In this document: positions 1-10,678 of the stretch, one piece after another | Layout of the letters: every line of letters starts with the position of its first letter | How positions within the stretch are numbered: position 1 is the stretch's first letter | Assembly: GCA_022813865.1 (NCBI GenBank) | Contig: JALDZX010000004.1 | Coordinates: 682,001 to 723,990, forward strand | DNA from: Xylographa opegraphella | Lineage: Eukaryota | Direction of reading: 5' to 3' | DNA: 41,990 nt | Translations under genes and position numbers: made by a program | The notes under the pieces: generated by a model | Database searches by the model: none | The model's input: only the letters and a program-made list of their open reading frames with translations | What the model was told of the DNA's origin: nothing

Positions 1-1035
1 GTGCGTGGTGAAGAGACCGCTGCTAAGGTCCGAAAGACGCATGCCAAGTACGGGGATAAGCTATCTTTTGCCATTGTGAAAGATGTCGCCGAGCCGGGAG
101 CTTTCGACGAGGCCGTCAAAGGCGTCGATGGCGTGCGCATCCTCCTATCCTTCTAAACCTCCGCGCCAGAAGCTAATGCTTGCTCAGGTCATCCATACAG
201 CTTCGCCGTTCCAAATGTCTGTGACCGATAACGAGAAAGAACTGCTGCAACCAGCCGTACAAGGGACGAAGGGTGTTCTCAAGTCGATAAAAGCGTATAA
301 TCCCTCGGTCCGACGCGTGGTCATTACATCTTCTTTCGCCTCTATAGTTGATGTGACAAAAGGTGATCGGCCGGAGCATACATACACAGAGAAGGATTGG
401 AATCGTAAGCAGTCCTTCTCTATCGGCTTTCGATGCCAGAGCACTAATGTGCCGCAGCCGTGTCATACGAGGACGCCAAAACCGCAGATGGAGCCACGGC
501 ATATTGTGCTAGTAAGACTTTTGCAGAAAAAGCGGCGTTCGAGTTCGTGGAGACCGAGAAGCCCTCGTTCAATATCAGCACTATCTGCCCTCCCATGGTT
601 TATGGCCCGAATGCACACAGCGTCAGCAACCTAGCTCATCTCAACACTTCGTCGGCCGACATCTGGCGCTTGATGAACGGCACAGAGAAAGAGGTCCCGC
701 CTACCAGCTTCTATGCTTTCGTGGACGTGAGAGACGTCGCGAAATCGCATCGCCTGGCGTACGAGAACCCTAAAGCGGCAGGGGAAAGATACTTCGTCAC
801 TGGGGGTAGCTACAGCTACCAAGATATCTGCGACATTATCAGAGCCAATGTCCCGGAGGCCCGGAAGAGGACGCCTGAGGGAAAGCCCGGCAATGGGGTG
901 GGCAAGCCTGTGTACAAAGTTGACAACTCCAAGGCGAAAACAGAATTTGGCATGACATTCCGTTCGTTGGAGGAGTGTATAATTGACACAGCAAACAACC
1001 TGTTGCAATTGGAAAGGACAACAGAGAAAGCGTGA
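1..1035 (+). CDS. NAD(P)-dependent epimerase/dehydratase-family reductase (Gre2/aldehyde reductase II-like); 5' end outside the window
   Basis: Exons 1-132, 188-404, 458-1035 joined by GT-AG introns 133-187 and 405-457. Motifs GVDGVIHTASP, RVVITSSFAS, YCASK (YxxxK) and FVDVRDVA. Confidence 0.9.
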
Positions 1036-1540
1036 GCTGGTTCGAGCGATGTAATATATCAGACCAATTAGATTATAGAAGATCTGTAGAATAGAAATCC
1101 TTCATATGAATTTCATGCTACCAATAGCTGTCGTGATGGGTAGAAAGTTCGAAGTTGATTTTGTGCTGTGGTCTTATTCAGATAATACAACCAAAAGCCT
1201 GACCATAACGACTACACCCAAATGGTGAAGCATCACAGAACACTAATGAAAACGACAGGGGACAATCGCGCGTAGAGTTAGGGCAGAATGGTTGCTGTGG
1301 CAACCCTTGGCAGCCAAGCAATCGTAAGCTCAACATTGGCAAGTCGAACTTCGATCCTGAAAGCCGCAATAACTCCTGCTGGTGTCACAAGATAATACAA
1401 CCACTAAATAATTTGGAGTCCGGCCAGAAGCCTACAGCGAGAACAGTCACCTCGGCAGCACGAGTACGAAATTTTAAAAGTGCAGAGTTTGAGAACTTGC
1501 AGCTACCCATCAAACCTCGTGAGCGAATTCGGCAGGCGCA

Positions 1541-4500
1541 ATGCCTGGAACGGTGGCGGATGGGCCCACCGTTTCGCTTTCTTGTACGGCAAATGCTTTT
1601 GAACTGGGTTTTTCGAATACTAACAGTCCACTCGTAGTTACAAACAACTTCTGGGGCAAAGAAGATGCTGGGGTACAGCCCCTCCTGGAGCGCATGCATA
1701 ATGCGAAAGTCACTTCGGATGAATTGAAAGCTTTCTACAACTGTACGCTATTCCTTTGCGGTCACCAGTCATTTCAATACTAACTCACCCCAGCTCGAGC
1801 TGCCATCGAAGACGAATACGCGCGCAAGCTGCTGGGACTATGTCGCAAGCCATTAGGCTCATCCGAGGCGGGGTCCTTGAGAGCATCTCTGGATGTGATG
1901 CGTGGAGAAGTCGAGTCGATGGGCAAATCGCATCAAGCGATCGCTGGTCAGATGAAGAGCGAGCTGGAAGAGCCTCTGGCAGCTTTTGCCGGCGGAATGA
2001 AAGAGCGAAGGAAGATTGTGCAAGGCGGGATTGAGAAATTGTTGAAGATCAAAGTACAGCAGACACAGGTTGTCAACAAGGTAGGGAATCGTAACGACGC
2101 ATAGGTGCCGTGGGTTCAACTGATCGTGCTACAGACACGAGATCGATATGAACAAGATTGTCTTCGGATCAAAGGCTACCTTGCACAGGGTCATATGGTA
2201 ATGGGGCAGGAGGAACGGAAGAACAAGGCGAAGCTCGAGAAAACGCAAATTCAACTAGCCACCACAAGCAACGAGTATGAGGCTGCCGTGAAGGCTCTCG
2301 AGGAGACCACAGGGAGGTGGAATCGGGAATGGAAAGCAGCATGCGATGTTGGTTACAATCAAAAGGAGAGTAATGAGCGTTGCTGATACGTATTTAGAAA
2401 TTCCAGGACCTCGAGGAAGAGAGACTGGACTTCACGAAGAGTAGTTTGTGGACGTTTGCAAACGTTGCCTCCACCGTCTGCGTCAGCGATGATGCTGTAA
2501 GTTCTGGCTCCAAATGCTTCGGATACTAGCTGACATACTTCAGTCATGTGAGAAAATTCGTTTAGCACTGGAGAGCTGTGAGGTAGAAAAGGACATTGCC
2601 AGTTTCATCCAGGAAAGAGGAACTGGTCAAGAAATTCCAGATCCTCCAAAGTACATCAATTTCTGTCGTGGAGATATCAACGATTCCGCATCGGAAACAT
2701 CCGAAGATGATACCTACTCTGTTGCACAGTTCCAGCGGACTATCAATCCAGCGTTTCGCAGCTCCTCACCACAGCCATCCACCTTTGAGTCCCATCATGA
2801 TCCTCAATCCGAGCTGGCAATGCTTATGGGCCATGCTGATTCCAACCCTCCTTCGAGTCGAGAAGCGACAGTGACACCCCAAAAAGGTGCACAGCAGCCT
2901 CCCCCACAGCTAGACTATCGTCGGCAGGCACAAAATCATGCTCAGTACCAGCAGAATCAACAAAGCCAGCAGGTGGAATTGGCAACCGTACCGCACAATG
3001 AATATCCGACCGATGGTATGACTATGTTTTGTAGAACAGATGCGCCACCGTCAGAAAGAAGTTCTGCGCATAGTCCAGTTCGCCCATCGAGCCGAGATTC
3101 TCAGAGTGATTATTCGAACCCGACTTCGTTCTCTAGCATAGAACCACCAAGCGGGCATATCTCACCTACTAAACAGCTCCAAGGCACGCAGGTACCAGTA
3201 AGCCCTGTTAAGCAAGTCCAGAAGAGGCGAAGTGGCTTTTTTAGCAACAGTCCTTTCCGACGGAAGAGCAAGCACGAAAAAGACGCTCCGAGACCTTCGC
3301 GGAATACATGGGGCCCATCGAATGGCCGCAACACAGGAAGCACAAACCCTAGTCCTACCCGTCTAGGTATACAGTCTCACGACTTCGCCGCCGACCGATC
3401 CCACAGTCCAGAGCCGGCCGACCCTAGGGCGAATTTCCAGCTCAATATTGGCAACAACGTTTTTGATGTTGCTTCTCCAGACTCGCATCGCAAACCTCAA
3501 TCCTCCGCTATGCAATCCCATATGCAGGCCGAATTAGACCCGATTGCTGCAGCTCTCGAAGAACTCAAGGGGGTGACCAAGCAGTCCTCCACACGAGTAT
3601 CGGCTGACCGCTACCACGGTATTGCCACACCTGCACCGCCTGGTAGTAATACCCCAGTAGCGGCCGCTCAGCGTGGAACACCACCACCGTCCTACCATAG
3701 TCAGGAGAGCGTATCTAGACTAGGTGCACCAAAGCCAGCCTTTACCAGTGCTCAGATGCAGCAGACGACAAGAAAATACGTGAATCAGAATCAAGATATG
3801 TACGGCTCAGGGCAACTATCTAGACCGGGAACCAGCGGCGGAGTACCAAGAGCAGCAAGTCCATTGCCAATGCGAAGCACGAGTCCACGACCCGGATTTC
3901 AGGGTGGCCATGGGCAAGGCCACGGAAATCAGGGATACAGTAACACCACTGAACGAAGCGTCAGCCCCAACCCATACGTGATCGGAGGTGGCAGTTTGAC
4001 CATGGGTATGCAACCTCGGCCACGACAGGGGCAGAGCCAGAGCATGAGCCCTGTGAAACAAGGCTACGGTGGCTATCAGCGTCACACTTCCCCGAACGAT
4101 GTTCGGCGAGCCGCAAGTCCGCAGCCGCAGTATGGCAGACAGGAGCGACCGGCCAGCAGTGCTGGTGGTTCTGGAATGGCGATGCAGCTTTCTAATGGAG
4201 GACCAGGAATAGGTCAGCGAGGCAGAGATGATGGTGGGGGTAGACCCGTCAGCTACTATGGAGGCGGAAATGGTGGAGTTGGGGGTGGCGCATTAGGGAA
4301 CGGTGGAGGGATGAGAGGCGGACTAGATCCAGCAGCGCGGACGAGGAGTAAGAGCGTGGCGGATGGTCGTCAATTCACGAATGAGGGAAGACCCATTTTG
4401 CATTTTGGTAAGCCTTACCCCTTGCAATATACCTTGATCAATATCCCCTCTCCTGCTCAACGGCACTTGATCTGGAGAGACTTTTCTGACGACGATGACC

Positions 4501-4676
4501 CTGCAGCTCGTGCGATGTACACCTATCAAGCCGCGATCCCAGAGGAATTGTCCTTTGCCAAGGGCGACATCCTCGCGGTGCTGAGGCTACAGGACGACGG
4601 CTGGTGGGAGGCGGAGGTGACGGGCAAGAAAGGGCGGCCGGGGCTGGTGCCGAGCAATTACCTACAGGCCTGTTGA
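1541..4676 (+). CDS. PCH-family F-BAR + SH3 septation/cytokinesis protein (Hof1/Cdc15/Imp2-like)
   Basis: Six GT-AG introns (donors near 1584, 1743, 2081, 2348, 2497, 4408). N-terminal FCH motifs NNFWGK...LLERM and RAAIEDEYARKL, a Ser/Pro-rich linker, and a C-terminal SH3 domain (ARAMYTYQA...ELSFAKGD...GWW...GLVPSNYL). Confidence 0.92.
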
Positions 4677-5040
4677 TATCGGTGCACCGTTCTTGGGTCT
4701 GCACGTCCGCTCTGAAGATGAGCTGCTCTATGTATAGCCATGTGGTACTTTGTCTGACAGACTGGGTGATGGCTTCGACAATGGCTTGTCTGCTGGCTCT
4801 TTGCATGAACTTCTTATCAGATGTAAACGGTGGTTGGGGCGAGACATGGATGGATACCGGGTTTGAGGCGCGAGGATTGGGCATTGCCTGATAGAGCCGC
4901 GTGTGTATGTATGATGAGTTAAATTGAACATACCGGTAATTTCATCTCGCCGTGTATGCGAAGCCGGGAGGATTGAAGCAGGTCACGCAGGTATCCTGAT
5001 CTCCCAACCAGATGCCCATCCTCTCCCCGCCGCTTTTTGT

Positions 5041-5578
5041 TCAGAGTAGAGGTTCCTTTTGCCACGTTTGGGGAACAGAGTAAGGGTGGCTCTGAATCGC
5101 CGAGGGCGCCGCTGGCTTTTTTGTATTGGTCCAGCTGCCGAGGGGCGCGGGAATCGATGGACCGCGGCAGCTGAGGCTGTGGGAAGATCGGTGCGTACGA
5201 AATCTGTTCGTCACGGTATGGGGTGAGTGGGGAAAGGGGGCGTGGAAACTGGAGAGTGGGCAGTGTTGGGGTGCTGGGTCGGGGTCGGGGTCGGTCGATG
5301 GGTAGAGCGGATTATTCATAGGATCAATAAAAGGTAGGCGGGATACCAGGAGCGCGGGATGTCCTGAGCAGCCGTGGGGAGGAGAAGTGCGGAGGCGCGT
5401 GAGAAGGATGGTAGGACTTACGAATGTGTGAGAGCGTTGTAAAAAGGTGTTGGTGCTTGGGATGCGGATGGAGGTGGCATTGGGGACTGGGAGTTTGGAC
5501 CTGGACTTGTGGTTGATGGTGGAATCTGTCATCTTCTGATCTGGTCTGTCCTAAGGGTGGCTTGATATGTAGTAGCAC
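5041..5578 (-). CDS. possible small two-exon Pro/His-rich hypothetical protein
   Basis: A minus-strand GTAAGT donor near 5421 and a CTCAG acceptor near 5368 join ORF 5324..5578 in phase to ORF 5041..5532. No recognisable domain; low complexity. Confidence 0.25.
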
Positions 5579-5837
5579 GAGGTTGTGGACGTGGTTGTTT
5601 CGGGGGAGTGGACCTGTGATGCGCCGATGGTCGCTGTGAGAAATGAAGCATTGTGGCTCTCAGCGAGGGAAATCGCGTATTTGTGATCATCGGTACTCAT
5701 AAAAGAGTAAATGTAAATTGTGAACCTCATTGTGGTGGTGGTTGCATTGTTGCATAATATTATGAAAAATGTTAAGTTAAATATCATAATAGAAGTGGTC
5801 TCGTTCAATTCAAGCCTGGGCGGTTACATCGGGTAGC

Positions 5838-7430
5838 TCAGGACGAAAGGCTTGCCGGAAGACCCTCCCACCCGGGGCGGCGCGACAATCGGTAGGAAGC
5901 AAACAATGACCCTCCGGAGGCGAGTTTCGTATAGGCTCCGGGCCTAAAGCATTTGCCTCCGGGTTGTACGGGTTCGATTCGGGATGTTGGGTTTGGTTTT
6001 TCTTTCTTTGGAGGGAAGATCTGGTAATCGGATTTTCTGATCGTTACCCTATCTGGTGATGCCCCAATCTTTACCATGTTACTCCATGAGATCTCCTTTG
6101 TCATGGCTCTGGAGATATCCGTGACGCCTGCCAGATCGCTCAATTTTGTAGCCGGAAGTTGATAGCCGAGAAAGGCTAACAACAACAATGTCTTTTCATT
6201 TCTTACAGCGTTGCCACAGATGCCGCAAGCAACCAACCACCGGAGCCACCTAGCTGAGGATCCAACTGAAACACGAAAGCGAGCTGTATACGACCTACAG
6301 CTGACTGCCTCAGGTATTCATGAGCCTATCTGCGTTCTGAATTGTGAAGCACGTCTCCGGCCTGATGGGGTCCGCGAAGCAATACAGAATGATCTCCCGC
6401 GATTCGAGCGCTGCACAATTCTGATACAGATGGCCAAAATGAAATACGGGTGTAGGAGAGCAAAAGCTCCTGACCAATCGCAGGAGGCTCGTATATTATT
6501 ATTAAAGAATCAAAGCATACGAGCAACAAGATCATCAAGTTAAAGAATCTCGTCCGGGCCCAGCCGGCTTACCTGTTTATGATTTCGAGCTCCTGCAGGT
6601 CCCAAGTCTTGGAATAGTTTGAGACAAGTATGGCATTCCCTGTGAGAAGAACTCTGGGACCTTCTGTTACCATTGATCTGACTGCACCAGCAGGCATTTC
6701 TGTTTCCACAAGCATATCTACAGAACCAATCGACGTAGCCCTCAAGGTCAGTTCCAATATAAGTACATCTACAAGCAGATCAGTATCTATTTTACCGGAG
6801 CATTGGTGCTGACTTCTGCAGCATATGGAGGGTTTTGGCAATTTGTCAGGGCCCAAAGAACTCGAAGTAATGGTATACTTTATGGGAATCAGATATGTGA
6901 TCAAACAGCCGGGAGATACCACTGGTCTTGCCCCAGGACTTCAAAGATTGTTGCGGAACCACTTTCTTCAACTATTCATTCTCATCGACCTCAAATTCGT
7001 CATCGTAACAAAGAGTTATTAATATTGCTACGCTCCAGACAGCGTACCCTCGAAGTCAGCAAATAACCCAATGCCTTACCATGCAGATAACAATACCCAA
7101 GCCAACGTCCTCCTGGTGTTTTCTGGCATTGCCAATTGTTCGCATGATCACGCCCCCAACTATGGCAGCAGCATCAGACTCAAATCAGCGTTCGCATCCA
7201 CGGGCCCCGCCCCTATCTTTCAGCATCATGCATTGTATCAATTCTTTCTCATCGGATTTCGGTAGAAAAGTCTTCATACGATCCTCCGACAGCGAGGTCA
7301 GGAACAACGACTGCGCGATAGGGCTTGGCAAATGTGGCTTGAAGTGCGTTGGCAGCATTGAAGCGAAGAGATTTTGTGGGAGTAGGTGCTACGACATGGC
7401 AAGCTCACAGACAATTCCGATCTCTTGCCA
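5838..7430 (-). pseudogene. decayed multi-exon gene of unknown family
   Basis: Protein-like frames are interrupted by isolated stops (TAG ~7390, TGA ~7186, TAG ~6973, TGA ~6847) and retain splice donors GTAAGG (7079) and GTAAGC (6572). Confidence 0.4.
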
Positions 7431-8506
7431 CTGCTAAGCACACAAGACTTTTGATTTCTCGAGGCTTCCTGTTGCTGATCTAGTGGATTATATATATCGA
7501 GCACTTGCGGTTTTGAGGTTGTGACGACATTCCTCACGTGAGATCAAAAGGAGATCGTGCGTAGGGCAGTACTCAGTATCAATTGCGAGGACTGGACTAA
7601 CCTGGTGACATGGGCAGTCTGTGAGAGCACAATATTTTTTCTCCAGAAGTACCTCAAAGGCAAGCTGTAAACTTCCTACATATATAATCCTAAACTAAAC
7701 CTATTGAACTCTAGCTTCAACTTTAACTTCACTCCATGCTTTGGCACGACTCCAGCTCTGCTACCCTCTTCATCCAATGGTGTCAAATGAGAATCATATC
7801 TATGCCCTGTGCTCCTGCTCAAGTACGACTACTTTGGCATTCCTCGAAAGTGTACGGACATACCGCGCAATGCCTTGTTGCATTCGCTTCTCACATAGCG
7901 ATCCAATGTACTCGGGAACCCACAAGACCCTGCATTGTACACTGCGATTATGTCCGAACTGGCAAACTTCTGTCGATTTTAGCTCCAGCGAGATCTCTTA
8001 AGTAGATTCAATCTCTGTTTTCTATTTGCTATGTTTCACTATGACAACAAAGCTTGTACCAAATTGGACGTACGGAGGGTCGCAAGATAAGTGGCACACC
8101 AGCCAGTTTGATTTCTTAAAATACTACGCGAGCCAATATTAGTGCTCCATCGAATTATATGCTTAGGAAAGCACCTTCGTCTCACAGCTAATCTGTATTA
8201 AACCTAGACAATGTTTGTTCAAGGATCTCCGGAGCAAGCAGGGTGCTTGTCACTATAAGCTCGTATGGGACAGTCTAGACTCCAGCCACCTGTTACACGC
8301 TCAGTCTGAACTCAACGATGGGTAGCACCGTTGCTAGGGCTGGCTTCTGTTGGTACAGCATGAGTTATCGTTTCTATGTTGCCATAGCTATTTGAATGCC
8401 AAAACGTCCCATCTTCTCATCTCACAGATTTATACAAACCTCTGAAATTTTCGTATAAAATTCCCTTGAATTCCGCTAAAGGCAGAAGGGTCAATTTGTG
8501 CTGAGT

Positions 8507-9316
8507 ATGTTCTTCTGTATCCGACTCTATTCATTTGGCTGTCTTCTTGCGCTCCTTCACGTCCAAATCACCCATACCACCTCGGTTCTCTTTCCTGCCT
8601 ACATTTACCCATCCTCCAGCTCCTCAACCAATGCCTGGGCGCCACTGTACTCGTCTCTCGCTCTGAACCCTACCCTCCGCCATGAAGTCATCATCAATCC
8701 CGCCTCCGGCCCAGGCGGGCCGCCCAACTCGGACTACAGTTCCGCCATGCAGACCTTAAAGACTTACCCGAACGCCATCCCTCTCGGCTACGTCGATACC
8801 AATTTTGGGCTATATAATGCCTCCAACATTGAAGCCAACATCAGCACTTGGGCCCGCTGGCCCTCGGCCGTCCGTCCAACCGGCATCTTCTTCGATGATG
8901 TTGACACCGGAAACACGGCTGGCAGCACAGCCATCATGACTCAAGTCGCCGCATACGCGCGGTCTGCCGGCTTCACCTCCAAGATCGTCTTCAACCCCGG
9001 CGCGATCCCTGTAGCATCCGCGCAGAAAGCGCTCTTCGGTGCTGCAGATCATGTCATTGTTTATGAAAACAGCTATACAAGCTACCCTGCACAGGCGGCA
9101 GCGATCAAAAGCCTGAAGAACAGTGGTGTGCCGGGCAGGAATATGTCAGTGATGGCCTATGGAATGCCGAGTACAGGGACTGCCTTAGCGATGCTCGTGG
9201 CGAATCTCACGGGCGAGTGCTATGGGAGTGTTTACTTGACTGATAATGCGGGTGATTATGCAAACTTCGGGGCTGATTGGGCAGCATTCACGCAGCTTAC
9301 TAACGGGTATATCTGA
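8507..9316 (+). CDS. spherulin-4 family (GH135, Sph3-like) secreted protein
   Basis: Hydrophobic N-terminus followed by family motifs PAYIYP...W.PL, VIINPASGPG, LGYVDT, GIFFDD, VFNPG and VYEN. Intronless; ATG at 8507. Confidence 0.88.
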   Translation: MFFCIRLYSFGCLLALLHVQITHTTSVLFPAYIYPSSSSSTNAWAPLYSSLALNPTLRHEVIINPASGPGGPPNSDYSSAMQTLKTYPNAIPLGYVDTNFGLYNASNIEANISTWARWPSAVRPTGIFFDDVDTGNTAGSTAIMTQVAAYARSAGFTSKIVFNPGAIPVASAQKALFGAADHVIVYENSYTSYPAQAAAIKSLKNSGVPGRNMSVMAYGMPSTGTALAMLVANLTGECYGSVYLTDNAGDYANFGADWAAFTQLTNGYI

Positions 9317-9489
9317 AAGCCGCATTTGAAGAAGGGGTATCTTCAGTCGTCACTTTCAGTTCAAATCCCATACTATATCAATTGTTATGTCCAAATGAAG
9401 GTCACTAGACATGATTAATCGGCAACCAATGCCTATATATGGCATGCGCCTATGGATTTCCCCACTCGATCACCTCTTCTGCAATCTCC

Positions 9490-9864
9490 CTATTTAGGTC
9501 TCTTCCAATTCCACCAATGGGACTTCTTCTTCCTTCCATATTTCGAATTTTCTTCGTTCACAATGTTTTCGAGCTTTCGTTGCGCATCTTGATGATCTTC
9601 CACCCTGCATTTGACATCCAGACGATCCGCATATATACCGCCCTCGTTACAATGCATGTATTCCCACAGCGACATCCCTTCTTTCATAGCGGGAGAGACA
9701 TTTCCGTACTTGGCACACGGAGGGCAGTACCTGATGAGCGCTTTCGGGATTGAGCCAATGACGAGGCAGGAAAAGGTCTTGAATTCACCCGTCTGGTCCA
9801 CAGAGGGGTCGTTGCGGTTGTAGTTGTCGCACTTCGGACAGTAGCTGGGTATTGGCTGCGGCAT
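9490..9864 (-). CDS. small orphan Cys-rich protein (two CxxC motifs, basic C-terminus)
   Basis: 124-aa ORF with a good start context (ACTATG), CPKC and CPPC motifs, and C-terminal RKKKSHWWNWKRPK. Confidence 0.6.
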   Translation of the reverse strand: MPQPIPSYCPKCDNYNRNDPSVDQTGEFKTFSCLVIGSIPKALIRYCPPCAKYGNVSPAMKEGMSLWEYMHCNEGGIYADRLDVKCRVEDHQDAQRKLENIVNEENSKYGRKKKSHWWNWKRPK

Positions 9865-10678
9865 AGTGAGGAGTTGAGATTGTGATAGGTTTGGCTGAAG
9901 CGTTCTTCTGGGCTATATTAGAATCTGGAGGGGGAGTAGTATGGCCTGTAATTACCGTGATAGTGTGTGTCTTGGAGAATGAAAAGACTGTAAGAAACTT
10001 CCGTATTCAGATATACTTGGCATGTGAACGTGTGACCGTAGACATTGTCTGTTCTCAACTGAAATAGGTTTGAAAGGGATAGAATCAATCACAAAAGGAG
10101 CTAGTGTTCACTTCATTCATTTAGCCCCGTTACAATATAAGTAGCGGCAGTTCTTGGACCAAAATCATTGACATTGTATGAAATCAGTTAGACTAAGAGT
10201 TTGTAACACAAGTAATTGAGAAAGTGTGATGACAATGTATAGATGAAAGTCTCAGTTCGAATATCTCCGCGAGTTTACGTGTGTATCTTTTACTCATTCT
10301 ACCACTTCTTTTGTGAGTAAAGTTTGCCGCATCTCATCATTCATTGACTCATATATTCCAAGAGCAAGGAATTTCTGATCAATCAAACATCGTGGCCTGC
10401 TGAGGGGTTGAGGTAGGTCTCCTGGACAGCTTTCACTTCGATCAAAGACCTGTTCGACTCTTTCCATCGAAAGAGAACACTACCGTTCATTGATGGCACT
10501 TAATGGGTGCATGACTATTAAGGAGCCAGATAGCCAAGGTACATGGAGTATCTTAGTAGACGGCGGCGATGAAGCCGGGTGGCGTTTCGGGCCGATCAGG
10601 ATATCCTAAGTCCGGGTATCACCGAAGTAAATCACAAAGACTGCCACCATTAGATTTTGTTGAATATTATCAACTGCA

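Noticed and set aside
5965..5990. GGTTCGATTC tRNA T-loop-like motif (similar at ~1038 and ~40914)
   Set aside because: No T-stem, acceptor stem or D-arm pairing is visible.
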